NCBI GenBank assembly: GCA_950097015.1
Contig: CATNEN010000024.1
Coordinates: 3,844,001 to 3,908,000, forward strand
Length of the DNA stretch: 64,000 nucleotides
Origin: Macrostomum hystrix
Lineage: Eukaryota; Animalia; Platyhelminthes
Reading direction: 5' to 3'
Shown here: positions 23,101-34,957 of the stretch, in pieces
Position numbering within the stretch: the first letter of the stretch is position 1
How the letters are laid out: every line of letters begins with the position of its first letter
Made by a program: the position numbers and the translations under genes
Notes under the pieces: generated by a model
The model's input: the letters and a program-made list of their open reading frames with translations, nothing else
The model's database searches: none
What the model was told of the DNA's origin: nothing

Positions 23101-26100
23101 AATGTGTTGGATTCCCGTCAAAAAATTCGCCCGGAAACTTGGCCCGGAAATTTTTGTCTTCACCCGGAAATTTTTCCTATTCTGTAATGTATTGTGATCC
23201 GGTAAATTGGCTCGAAAAAGTGACGAAAGTTTACAATGTACTCCGGATTTCGTTCGTGATCCGGCCGTTCATACTTTTTTCGTTCCGAAACTGGTAGCCG
23301 GATCAGCTAAAAACGTTCCGGGACGAAACACCGGATCGGAGAACACAGATTACCGGAAGTTTGACCCGAAAAGTACTGAATGCTCTGGGCTCTCTATCCG
23401 GATCAGTTTCCGGGCGAAGAGTACGGATTGGTGTCCAATCCGGGTCAGTTTCCGGGCGAAGAGTACGGATTGGTGTCCAATCCGGGTCAGTTTCCGTGCA
23501 AAGAGTACGGGTTGGTGTCCAATCCGGGTAACCGAATAAAAGGAAAGAAATTATTGTGTTAGACTTTTCACAGAAATGTTTTCATAATCAAACCAGAAGT
23601 TTTAAGCAAATTAGGATTGACTTCAAGTCGTTTACTACTTGTAGTAAGGTGAATAAAAATACTGTAAATTAGAATTAGGCTGAATTGGAAAAATAAAAGA
23701 CTAAGGAAATACGAACTGGCGAATAATGGCAGCTAGGACAGTTCGACAAAATGGGAATAGCATTGGGTCTGGCACGCATGCACACACTCTGAATTGAGCA
23801 AAGATACATTTGTAATTAGTTGACGGCTAGCATTTAGAAAAAACAGCTGAAAAATTGGGACTAAAATTGGGATTAGATTTGTACTAGCTGCCTTCGCTAC
23901 CCTCTGGGTAGCCTCCCTGTGAGTTCTTATCAGTACGCGTGCGTTATCAAAACTGCAGGCTCTGATGCAATCATTAAAATTGGCACTGGAGGCCTCACTG
24001 TGCACAAGCTGAAAACAAGAATGCATTAGAAAAGCCTATTTAAAACTGTTTTTCGAATATTTAATCCCCTTGGCAATGGAATTAAGCTTAATAAAAATAC
24101 GTATACCGATTCGGGCCCATTTGTGATCTTTTGGCGAAGGAATTGCAAAAATCGGTTGAGCCGTTCGGGAGCTAGTCGATTGCAAACATACAAACATACA
24201 AGATTTTCATTTTTAGTATATCAGAAGAAGAAAGAAGAAGAAGAAAATAAAAATCGCAATGGAAAAAATACGAACAGTCGGTTTCAAAATACTAATGCCA
24301 CTACTAGGTAAGTAGGCACAATGGGATCGGTTTTCTCCTGTCCGAAGACAGGAAGAAATGGCCGCAGAAAAACGCGCCTACTGCTCAACGCACTGTACCA
24401 GCTCAAACATATCCGTCGGCAATTTGTAAAGTTTATCTCGCTGAAGAATTTTACAGAAACGAAGAGGCAGCTCAAGTAAAAAAACGCACTGGAACCAAGA
24501 AAATAATAGTTTAAAAAGTTAGAAAATAAACACGGCAGTGCCTAGTACTCTCAGAGTGTGCTCAAGAGTATAACTAATTGGTAAAAGAATTCGCACATGT
24601 AGTACAGTACGCACACGGACAAAATTAAATTCGATTTCCTCACGGGAAAATGGAAATAAAATAAAATAATGCTGCCAGAGTCCACACAATCTGGAAAAAG
24701 AGCAATGGGGAGAGAATCGAGTGGGGAGAAAATGGAGAGTGGGGAGAAAATGGAGAGTGGGGAGAAAATGGAGAGTGGGGAGAGAATGGAGTGGGGAGAG
24801 AAGAAAGAGTGGGGAGAAAATGGAGAGTGGGGAGAGAATGGAGTGGGGAGAGAAGAAAGAGTGGGGAGAAAATGGAGAGTGGGGAGAAAATGGAGAGTGG
24901 GGAGAGAATGGAGTGGGGAGAGAATGGAGTGGGGAGAGAATAAAGAGTGGGGAGAGAATGGGGTGGGGAGAGAATAAAGAGTGGGTTTTATATAATATAT
25001 ATGGCCAGCAGAGTGATTCTTCCTAATCCCGTATACGGGTTCATTGTGCTTTTTTATAATTCATTATTAATTGTCCAGAGGGGCGGTTGCCGCATCTAAA
25101 TCAGTTGGCAAATTGTCGCCTTCTTCTAGGAAATTGCCGCCGGAGTCGATTAAGGCGGGACCAGCATCGCCTTGGATGGGTGGGGCAATTTCTTCTCGAT
25201 TTAACTTACTGCTACACTTGCTACTAATACACTTGCTAAACAACAAAGACTAGTCCTACAGCAGTAGTAACCAAACTAGCAATGCCATCATGAACTGGTA
25301 AGAGAATTAAAGCATAAAGACTGTCGAACATCTTGACCAAAGAATTCGTTTCATTTACACTTATGAATGCATCAGCTATGTGGGAACAAAAAACAGCAGA
25401 ATGTACGCGACTAGACGAGTACAAAGATTCATAATTCCAAGATTAATTTCGACATGACGCACATGCCTTTCACTGCCTCTCGTAGGTCAGCGTAGCGGCT
25501 GCCTTTAGCCTCAACAGTTGCGAGGATTGATTGCCCCTCGTAGGTCAGCTGCGTAGCGGCTGCCTTTAGCCTCAACAGGTGCGAGGCTGTATTGCCCCTC
25601 GCTGATGTATACTCTGTGAGTACTTTATTCCTCAACAGGGCAGGCCTTATTTCCTCTCACCTCAATGAAGCATAGTCACTTAAGAAATTGAAAACTCCCG
25701 ATCAAAATATGCCTCTGCGTCAAGGAATCCACTTCGCCCAAAAATATTGAATAATCCAGGCGAAATCGTCCGGAACAGTGCTAGTTTCCGTGTCCTGTTC
25801 ACCCGGATCAGAGATGGTTTCCATGTGAAGCCCCGGATCATCGCCCGGATCAGGTTTTCCCGGAAATAGGTGTTAATCTGGGTGAGAAAGACAAGATCTG
25901 GGTGCATTTCCCGGAAACTGTGACCCCGGATCAGATTTGGTTTCAGGGATACATCCAGGAACATTTCTGATTTCCGGGCCAACCTGATCCGGGCAGAGAT
26001 CCGGGCTTCACACGGAAACCACCGCTGATCCGGGGTCACAGTTTCCGGGAAATTCACCCAGATCTTGTCTTTCTCACCCAGATTAACACCTATTTCTGGG

Positions 26101-29100
26101 CAAACCTGATCCGGGCATTGATCTGGGACTTCACACGGAAACCACCACTGATCCGGGGTCACAGTTTCCGGGAAATGCACCCAGATCTTGTCTTTCTCAC
26201 CCAGATTAACACCTATTTCCGGGAAAACCTGATCCGGGCGATGATCCGGGGCTTCACATGGAAACCATCTCTGATCCGGGTGAACTGGACCGGGAAATTG
26301 GCACGTATCGAGACTTTTTTGGCCGAATTGAGTTCTTTTTCCGGGAAATAAAAATCATGTAATTCCCCGGATCATAGTCCCGGAAAAAAGAGGGTGATCC
26401 GGGTCAAATTTTCTGATCCGGGCCTTCACCCGGAAATGTGAGTGTTTCCGAACCCGGATCACTAATTTCCGGGTCAAGTTTCCGGGTGAATTTTTTGACG
26501 GGTTAATGATATCTGATTATGAGGTAGCCAACTGATCTAAAGAGCGGAAGCAAAAGTCATAAAACAAACCGGGGTAAATAAAAAACTACCTGTTTCTACT
26601 TTCATAAACTATATGTTTATATATAGGTAATATAATTAACAAAGACCTTCAATGACGAACAATGACTTACTCGCCATCAACGTCGCTCTCGTAGGGCGCC
26701 AGCACCAGCAAGCCGGGACGGACGCTTTCAGCTGGCAGAGCTTTGAACACGCCGGCGAAGCTTTGAATTTCGTCCTGCATCGCCCAGAGGCCGTCCCAGT
26801 CGATGTCGCGACAGACATGAAACTGGTCTGGTCGTATTGGCGAGCCAACAATCATCACAGGCTCGCCGTCGGTTAGTTCAGCTACTGGCAGCTCTGGTGG
26901 ACTATCGGTGTAGATGAATCGGCGGCTAAGCCAGGCGCGATCGGGCTCGGGACCTCGAACATCCAGCTGGCCTTGGCATAGACGCAGCAGGGCGGCTGTG
27001 TGTTGCGAGTTGGCGCGAGCTCCGCCGGCTTCAATCATCTTCTGACTGAGGGAGAAGCCGCTGCAGAGGCCGCTGGCGGACAACACCTCATAGTGCTCAA
27101 TGTCTGTTAAAAACAGAATGCTGCCAATTGCGAAAGCGACTCGACCGGCCAGCTCGATGCCATCTGTCAGCGTTTTCAAATAGTTCAAACTGGGCAGCTC
27201 CCAGCTGAAGTCGCGATTGCCGTCCACACCGCTGCCGCTGCTAGGCGCCAGGTTGAGGATGACAGCTTCAACGCTCATTGGCGGCCGGTTGCGCAGGCTG
27301 AGCGACTCCGGCAGGACCAGCAGGTCGCTGGCCGGGTAGGAGCTCACATAGTCGCCAGCGTCAACGAGACGGAGCGACACTGTGCAGCACTCGCTCGGCT
27401 TAGTGGGCAGGTGAACCTGGTAGTGAGGGGAGGGGTTGAGTTACGCTGTTCAGTCCATGGACTGGGGGACACCACACCCACCCTCAATTACCCCAGCTAA
27501 TGCTGGTACCCATTTAACAGCTGGGTTAGCTGAAGCAATGTAGAGCTAAGCGTCTTGCTAAAGACACAAACTGTTCCAGTGGAGTCAGGAATCGAACCCC
27601 CGACATTCAAGTCGTAAGCCCGACGCTCTTACCACTGGGCTACAACCCACATCAAACACGGATGCAAGTTTTTAACAATATTGAACAATTGCGGTGCCTT
27701 TATGCCTACTGGCTATTGACTAATCAACAAGACTCGTATATCTTCGCCGTCTTTAGCAGCCAATATTTTCGTCATATCGGACGATTAGCATTCGAAGCCT
27801 CTTAATCACATAAACGACATATCATAATATCCTTTGTTGATTTCTAAAGCCTAGCCTGAGCCGCTGTGATGTCTTGACCATGCCTTTGTGATTGTATAAA
27901 TTTAATAAACTCTGACGGCTTCCCACAAATTTAATTCTCGCGATTTTAATGCCCGATTTTTCGGGCATATCCACTACGCATTAAAGGAGATTTTTGCAAT
28001 GCAGTAGAAACCATCAAGCTACTGTTTTTGTCGGCGTTTAAAAAGCTGCTTTCAGTGCAGTTAATCAGCTCAAGCCAGGTAGAAATTTTAAGCTTTTGGA
28101 TACACGAAAAGCCCATAAAATCTTAGGGTAAAAGTTTCTTGCTAACATGTAGCGCAATCAATGCGCGGTATCCTAGGGCCTGATTACTAGCATCCCATCT
28201 ACTCCCAGACAGACCCACAGGCTGAGTTAAGCGGATAAGTGCACGCAAGCAAGCAAATACTCGAACGCATAAGCGTGCCAGACTAGTATTATTCGAGTGT
28301 CTAAGGAGTGATAATCCGAGAGTGTAAGAAAGTTCAGAAGAATTTCATTTCCAGTTGTGCAACTGATGCAACATTGCGAATTAACTAAAAAAGAATAAGT
28401 AGACCTACCTACACTAGCTCAGTACTAAGTTGAGTATATTTTCATTGCGCACACGGAAATCTGAATGACATCCACGCCCTCCAGGGCGACCTCTGAGAGT
28501 GAATTCTGCCCTTTATGGTAGCTAGTACAACAGCAAAGATGCTATGCACTTTGTCTCCCCTTACCGCCCTTTCTTTAACAGAGACCGACAACGCTACATC
28601 TGGGCTAGAGTTGTTTGAATCGACTCTATAATAAGGGCTTGTCGAGGTACTTCATATATGCTTCCGTTTTATGCAATTGAAAAGCTGAAAGAATGAAATC
28701 ACTAAGCGGAGCTATTCGCTACGCACTGAAAGGTTCTTGATGCAACTTTTGGATGCACCCGACCATGTTGCTATTGGACGAAAGAGCTGTCACGTGACAG
28801 GCTAGGATAGCCAATGGAAACGGCCGGGTGATTCCCCAAGGTTGTCTTCATACAAGCGCCATATATAGAGCTTCTAAAGCCCAAGTTAAAGACAAAAAAA
28901 GTTTACAAAAATTTTAGATGATTAAATGAAAGTTTTACCTTGTCAATAATTGCTCGATGATAGCCACTGCTCACTAGATAGGCGGCGCACAATTCACCCA
29001 CCTTCGGCGGGCCGGACTTGCCAGCCTGAGCATTTTTCTCATTGGCAAAGTGCATAGCAACGTCCATCTGATGGAGCAGGTGGGACTGGCCCAGCAGCTG

Positions 29101-32100
29101 TATGATTAGCGCGTTGCCGCTAAGTGTCTGGAGTACTTTGAAGCGCACAGTACCGCTGGTGGGCAGGTGCTTAGACGGCCAGTCGCGCTCCCACAGGATG
29201 AAGTGGCGCAGGTTTCGGCAGGTCAGCCGACTGCAACGGCCCTGGGCCAGCAGTCTGCGGCACAAAGGGCGCGAAGACTCGTCGACTTCGACGGGCAGTT
29301 GAAGTAGCTCACGCAGCTCCGGTCCGGGCACGGACTGCGGCGAAAATGTTCGACAGGTACTTAGAAAATCGTAGAGTTTGTTCAACTGTTTAGGTGACGG
29401 CTGTCGCAGCTCTGAGGACCAGGTGTAAAAACAGCGCGGCGGCTTCGGCTGACGCCCGGCCGGCATGCCGGGATCGAATCGGCGCATAGCGGCGCCTAGA
29501 AGGCAGAACCGGCCGGTGAACACTTGGCCAGCTAGCGGCAGGTCCAGCATGATGATTGCGTCGGCGTCGTTTAACAGGTGCTGATTTACGAGGCTATCCG
29601 GCATGATCAGAACCTGATTATATTGGAGTATAGAAATCGGTGGATCAATTATGGGACAAAAAAGTTCCAGTTAAAAAATCGCAAGCAAAAGAAGAAAAGG
29701 GAAACAGTATGATCTGACGAAATTTGGTACAACAGGTAAGGAGCTAATCTAACAGTTGAAGAAATAGCGCTCACCTTCACACTCTTTGTACGCATAGTCT
29801 TCCAGGCGCTAATCTGTAGATTAATCTCGTCCACATTCAGATCAGAGTGAATATGCTGTGCGTAGATAGCCGGGTTGTTCTTGAGACGGTCGCACAGACT
29901 CTTGGCAAATGATTCGTTCTCGTCGTCCAGGCAGATGGCCACGCGCAGGCCGGGCTCAAGGCTGCTTAGGGTATCTATTAGAGAGTTTGGCGGCTGCACC
30001 AGGTGCATGACGCGACACCGTACGACAGCCGCTGAGCGACTCTCAAAGATTTCAACCGCTGAGCGCATTGGCGACTGGCTGGCGCCAACAAAGTTGTCGA
30101 GCTCCGGCGTCCAGCTGGAGAAAGTGAGGTTCAAGGCTTGTCTAATTGAGGGATGAGACCATGAGGCGATACTAGCGAGTCGGTTTAAAGGCTGTGGGAT
30201 ACTAGCGAGTCAGTGAGGGCCTGTGGGATACTGGCGAGTCAGTGAGGGCCTGTGTGATACTAGCGAGTCAGTGAGGGCCTGTGGGATACTAGCGAGTCAG
30301 TGAGGGCCTGTGGGATACTAGCGAGTCAGTTAAAGGCCTGTGGGATACTAGCGAGTCAGTGAGGGCCTGTGGGATACTAGCGAGTCAGTGAGGGCCTGTG
30401 GGATACTAGCGAGTCAGTTGAAGGCCAGTGGGATACTAGCGAGTCAGTTGAAGGCCTGTGGGATACTAGCGAGTCAGTTGAGGGTCTGTGGGATACTAGC
30501 GAGTCAGTTAAAGGCCTGTGGGATACTAGCGAGTCAGTTGAAGGCCAGTGGGATACTAGCGAGACAGTTGAAGGCCTGTGGGATACTAGCGAGTCAGTTG
30601 AAGGCCTTTGGGATACTAGCGAGACAGTTGAAGGCATGTGGGATACTAGCGAGTCAGTTGAAGGCCTTTGGGATACTAGCGAGTCAGTTGAAGGCCTGTG
30701 GGATACTAACTATAAGTGTACGTAGTTATTTAATTATATAGTGTGCGTACATTTCTGCCGTGGCGATAACCTGACGCGGCAGTCCATGCGAGCTCTTGCC
30801 TTCGCCTCGCAACTCCATAATGGCCAACTTGTGGGCCAGGATAAGCTGTTTAAGATCTTCTTTGCTATCCCTGAGCATTAAGTCCAGATCATCTATAATA
30901 AGGTAGCATATGTTGCGTAGCGGGGTGACCACTTCAGAATTGATCAATCGAACGAGAGGCTTGATAGCGGCAACGAGAAGTTGACAGCCCTTAGCAGCTA
31001 AAGCGATTTCCGCCGAAGGAATGCAATCAGTGTCAACAAGAGGCGTCACTTGCAACCGATTCGCGTCGCCCTTAATTTTTTCGTAGGCATTTGTAGCTGA
31101 AAGCCAATTGTGACATACAAGAATGCAAGGCGGGTAAGTCTGGCTAGGCAGGTTCCTCGGCCGCTGCTCAGTTAAAATCAGTGCAGCCATTTCGCAGGCC
31201 ATCGACTTGCCATGGTTCTTGCCGGCTAGCAGTATAGTGTTGGCGCCGCGAGACACAGCCGAAGCGAAATAGGCTTGGCCACTAGTAAGACTGCAGACTC
31301 CACGGGTGCTTAATGCATCGGCGTACTCAGTTTTAAGGCCAGCTTCAGCCAAGGTTAGCGTCGGCTGCAGCGGCGGATTGAGATTTGACACGATCAGCAC
31401 CAAGAACTCTAATAATTTAGCATTCAAAGGTGAGGCGCAGTCGTGTAAGTAGAACGTCTCATAATTCTGGATAGCGGCGCGACGGGCCACGTCTGTATCG
31501 GAGCTGGCCAGTTGAGCAGGGTGGTTCTGTTGGATCGCTGATAGCATTGTTGAATTTAAACTAGATTGAGAAGCTGCTGCTGCTGCTGGTTGAACAAGAC
31601 TGGACGCTGCAGCCAAAGGATTCTGGCGCAATAGATCTAATAGGTCACTTGCATCGCGAAATTCTCGACTGCCTTTGCTGCGTTTGGACTTAGCTGGTTT
31701 GGCAGCAGCTTTTTCTTTGCTTTTACACAGGCTGCCCCTATCGCTATCGCCAGCTGCATCACCGCTGCCCCCATTTAAGCTACTTCGTAAATTGACACTG
31801 TCTTGCCTGATGCCGCATCCGACATCACTGTTACTCACTTTGGTAACCACACCAATGCCGCCTCCACCGCCGCTCCTGCCGCTGCCGACGCTAGAAGTTG
31901 GCGAACCGGTACCTCCAGTTGAACGATTGCTAACAGAAGATACAGGCACCAGGACTCGCTGACCACTAGGCAAGATAATCTGCTGCTTCAATGGGCTCTG
32001 CTGCGCTACACCGCCACTGCCGCATGCACCAACTGGGCTGCTCTTCTCGGCAGCCGAATGAGAAACTGCATCAGCTATGCACACCGGGGCAGCCTGTCGA

Positions 32101-32702
32101 GAAGCGGTGGAAGGAGCGGCGCAATTATTATCAATAAGCAATTGGGCCAGAGATAGAGCTGGACTGCAAGGCAGCCAGGCGTCAACAACGAATCGACCGT
32201 CCGTTGCTCCGTGCAGCTGTGGATGGGCAATTAGAATGTGCGATTGCGTTTGCTTTAAAGCGCCGCGACAAACTTCGACACTGTAGGGCGTCCAATTGTT
32301 TGGCTGATTGTAATCTGGCAAATTCTCTGTGCGCATAGAGACCAGATCTGTAACTCGTCGGATCAGCGGTACAACGCCGCGCAGAGCGAAGCGGCACAGA
32401 CAGACAGGCAATTGTTCAACATTGAATCTTTGAGGCAGGTTGTATAATTGATTAGTGCGCACCGATAGTTCCTCTTCGCCAGTGTCTATTAGGGTTAATT
32501 CTACCAGGCCGGAGCCCATTGTGACAGACACGGCCGCACGGTAAAACCCGCCGTTCCGGCAGAACACTGCCCGCTGGCCAACAGCCGGATAGGTGTGGGT
32601 AAAGCGCGACAATTCGCCATTGAACTGAGCCATCTGCAGCTTCTTGCTGACGTCGGCCACTTTTTCCGGTTGATAGCATGAGAAATCGCTTGGACTGTTG
32701 AA
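20199..32702 (-). CDS. TDRD12: TDRD12/Yb-family piRNA-pathway protein (extended Tudor, degenerate DEAD-box helicase, further Tudor domains, ARM-like region, CS domain, acidic tail), about 1980 aa; exons 32702-30751, 30114-29775, 29613-28939, 27416-26671, 23093-22805, 22136(or 22148)-20199
   Basis: Every junction is GT..AG with matching phase, and the CDS sums to 5940 nt. Features matching TDRD12: N-terminal Tudor (FNSPSDF..FYRAAV..LIDTG), helicase with degenerate motifs (AGKNHGKS, LIIDDLD, QVIATAEIWTP), LCRRLLAQGRC..C..RHF motif, Tudor LNRASIV..VNFVDFGD, and CS domain (VLYAQTGRRFQIEF..VVALYKRERGYWPKL). Confidence 0.85.
22155..22800. repeat. 25-bp minisatellite (AACTGACTGCTAGACGGATCTAATG), about 26 copies, filling the last TDRD12 intron
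   Basis: TAATG recurs every 25 nt. Confidence 0.97.
23884..24225 (-). mobile_element. Short non-autonomous Helitron
   Basis: Minus-strand 3' end has a perfect GCTACCC-AGA-GGGTAGC hairpin, then CTAG|T. The 5' end reads TCTGATATACTAAAAATGAAAATCTTGTATGTTTGTATG..AACGGCTCAACCGATTTT, typical of DINE/Lep1-like Helitrons. Confidence 0.65.
24715..24985. repeat. Purine-rich 16-18-bp tandem repeat (GGAGAGTGGGGAGAAAAT / GGAGTGGGGAGAGAAT)
   Basis: Direct reading. Confidence 0.9.
27445..27644 (-). mobile_element. tRNA-headed SINE with CORE-like domain, 3'-truncated copy
   Basis: A box TAGCCCAGTGG and B box GGTTCGATTCC, then TGTGTCTTTAGCAAGACGCTTAGCTCT..CTGTTAAATGGG. Homologous to 37196-37490. Confidence 0.8.
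30165..30710. repeat. 29-30-bp intronic minisatellite (GGCCTGTGGGATACTAGCGAGTCAGTGAG / ..TTGAA), about 18 copies
   Basis: Direct reading; inside TDRD12 intron 30115-30750. Confidence 0.95.
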
Positions 32703-34119
32703 CTGCGAATGTATTTGCGAGTGACCGTATAAGAACTACTAAGTAGTAGTAGTTCAATACATAGGCTTTCTAGCGAATGTTAAAAGTAGAAAGACCATAT
32801 TTCAAATGCCCACAGTTCCCCATTTCAGTATCTCCCAAAATATCCGACCAATCGCCATAAAAATCCAGAACTTTGGTTAAACTACTTGTACTTCGATCAC
32901 AAAACATCGGCATCGTCGAGATATTCAACCGTTTCTATGTTGCAAATATGCAAATAACGCAGTTCAAGTGCGACATATTCAAGTCAAGTGGCAACAAGCC
33001 AAATCAAGTTGCAAATTGTCTATTCAGAGTTACCAAAAGAGCAAGTCAAGTGCAACATAGTCAATTCAAGAAGCAACTCATTCGTTTCTATGTGTATTTC
33101 AAATGAATCCTCGCAATTCTCGCTCAAATGATTCTATCAGTCGCTGCTTGTCCCCAGCGGGTATTCTGGCTCGTGCGGCAGCCATTTGCTGTTGAGTTGG
33201 CTTTGTCGCACTTGGTTTGGCCTTTTCTCTCTGTCGTCGTCATTGCGCAACAGTGGGGGTATATAGAGAAGCGCTCTGATTGGCTAATTTGCACTTGAAC
33301 TGGCGTTTGCACTTGACTTGACTTGACACTGCACTTGCTATTTTGGCAGATCAACTGACTTTCATGCACTTGAGATTACTATGTGGCACTTGAGTAAGGC
33401 TAGTCTGCTACTTGACCGGAAAAAACTATAAAAATATTTTCTCTCTGCAAGCCACGCTGATTTCATTACAGTCGGGGTGTCTGGAGGCTAAGAATTTCTA
33501 TTGTTAATAAAATCAAGTATACAGAATACGACAGTGTTAATAGGCAATGTTAACTATTTTACGAGTAGATACTTACATTTGATACAATCATTTGCAAAGT
33601 CATGATTGCTGTTCAGAGCTCTCCAAAGCTGAAAGTTGGATAGGTAAAAATAGTTAAATAGGCTAAACACGTATATACATCTACTCGAAACGGGTATGTG
33701 TTAAGTAAGGGTATATTTTACTTATTACTTTATTTAACTATACCATATACTGTACTTTACTTCATACAAAATTAATTTGCAATTTCGCTACATCTTCGTA
33801 TTAATCTGGATCACTTAATGTAGTAATAGTACTTAAAATGTAGTTTAGAACCAAAACGTTCTAAATTAATTAGAAAAAAACGAATAAAAAACAGCACTCA
33901 GAAATTTGCATTTTATAGCAGCGTTTAATTTTTCCGTAAAACCCAGATTACAAGCAGAATAAGCAGAAGAAGAAATGCACAACAACTAGTATTAGTCACT
34001 ACACAGCGTAGATCTCATAATTCAAAGGAAAATTGGCTGGGCAATGAAAAGCAGGTCAGTGTAATTTATTTCAACATTTAAGGACTGCAACTAAACCGAA
34101 GTTCCACAAGCCGATATTG

Positions 34120-34835
34120 CAGGACTGGGTGTGAAATGGCGGAGGGCGACCCAACATGGCAGAACTGGGTGTGAAGGGCAGAGGGCAACCCAACATTGCA
34201 GGACTGGGTGTTAAGGGCAGAGGGCAACCCAACATTGCAGGACTGGGTGTTAAGGGCAGAGGGCAACCCAACACTGCAGGACTGGGTGTTAAGGGCAGAG
34301 GGCAACCCAACATTACAGGACTGGGTGTTAAGGACAGAGGGCAACCCAACATTGCAGGACTGGGTGTGAAGGGCAGAGGGCAACCCAACATTGCAGGACT
34401 AGGTGTTAAGGACAAAGGGCAACCCAACATTGCAGGACTGGGTGTTAAGGGCAGAGGGCAACCCAACATTGCAGGACTGGGTGTTAAGGGCAGAGGGCAA
34501 CCCAACATTGCAGGACTGGGTGTTAAGGACAGAGGGCAACCCAACATTGCAGGACTAGGTGTGAAGGGCAGAGGGCAACCCAACATTGCAGGACTAGGTG
34601 TGAAGGGCAGAGGGCAACCCAACATTGCAGGACTAGGTGTGAAGGGCAGAGGGCAACCCAACATTGCAGGACTGGGTGTTAAGGACAGAGGGCAAACCAA
34701 CATTGCAGGACTAGGTGTGAAGGGCAGAGGGCAACCCAACATTACAGGACTGGGTGTTAAGGGCAGAGGGCAAACCAACATTGCAGGACTGGGTGTTAAG
34801 GGTAGAGGGCAATCCAACATTGCAGGACTGAATGT
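34120..34835. repeat. 39-bp minisatellite (GCAGGACTGGGTGTTAAGGGCAGAGGGCAACCCAACATT), about 18 copies
   Basis: Direct reading; 13-aa period in the ORF track. Confidence 0.95.
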
Positions 34836-34957
34836 TAAGGCTGCAACCCGACACATTGCACCGGGAGCACGCGGAAGGAATTGTGTTCGGGCGGGCTGGG
34901 CGATTCTGAGACCGCATCTTGCGAAACGAATGAGCGGCGAAGAGCAGCAAATGTGGA

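Larger units (their letters stand above)
23114..26502. mobile_element. Non-autonomous CCC-terminal DNA transposon (EnSpm/CMC-like): either one 3.4-kb composite or two related copies, rich in CCGGA subterminal repeats
   Basis: TIR CCCGTCAAAAAATTC(G/A)CCCGGAAACTTG(G/A)CCCGGAAAT at 23114 and inverted ending at 26502. TT lies on both flanks (possible 2-bp TSD). CCGGA arrays at 23114-23540 and 25700-26502. Confidence 0.6.

Noticed and set aside
25050-25635. Short minus-strand coding-looking stretches (acidic LNREEIAPP..PLDN; ATVEAKGSRYADLRE repeated twice)
   Set aside because: Interrupted by stops, no recognisable domain and no consistent splice path; possibly a decayed transposon ORF.
29649-29774. 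ORF tails beyond splice donors, also at 7789, 14795, 15740, 28903, 30726, 37589, 41248, 43226 and 54155
   Set aside because: Read-through into introns; homology stops at clear GT donors.
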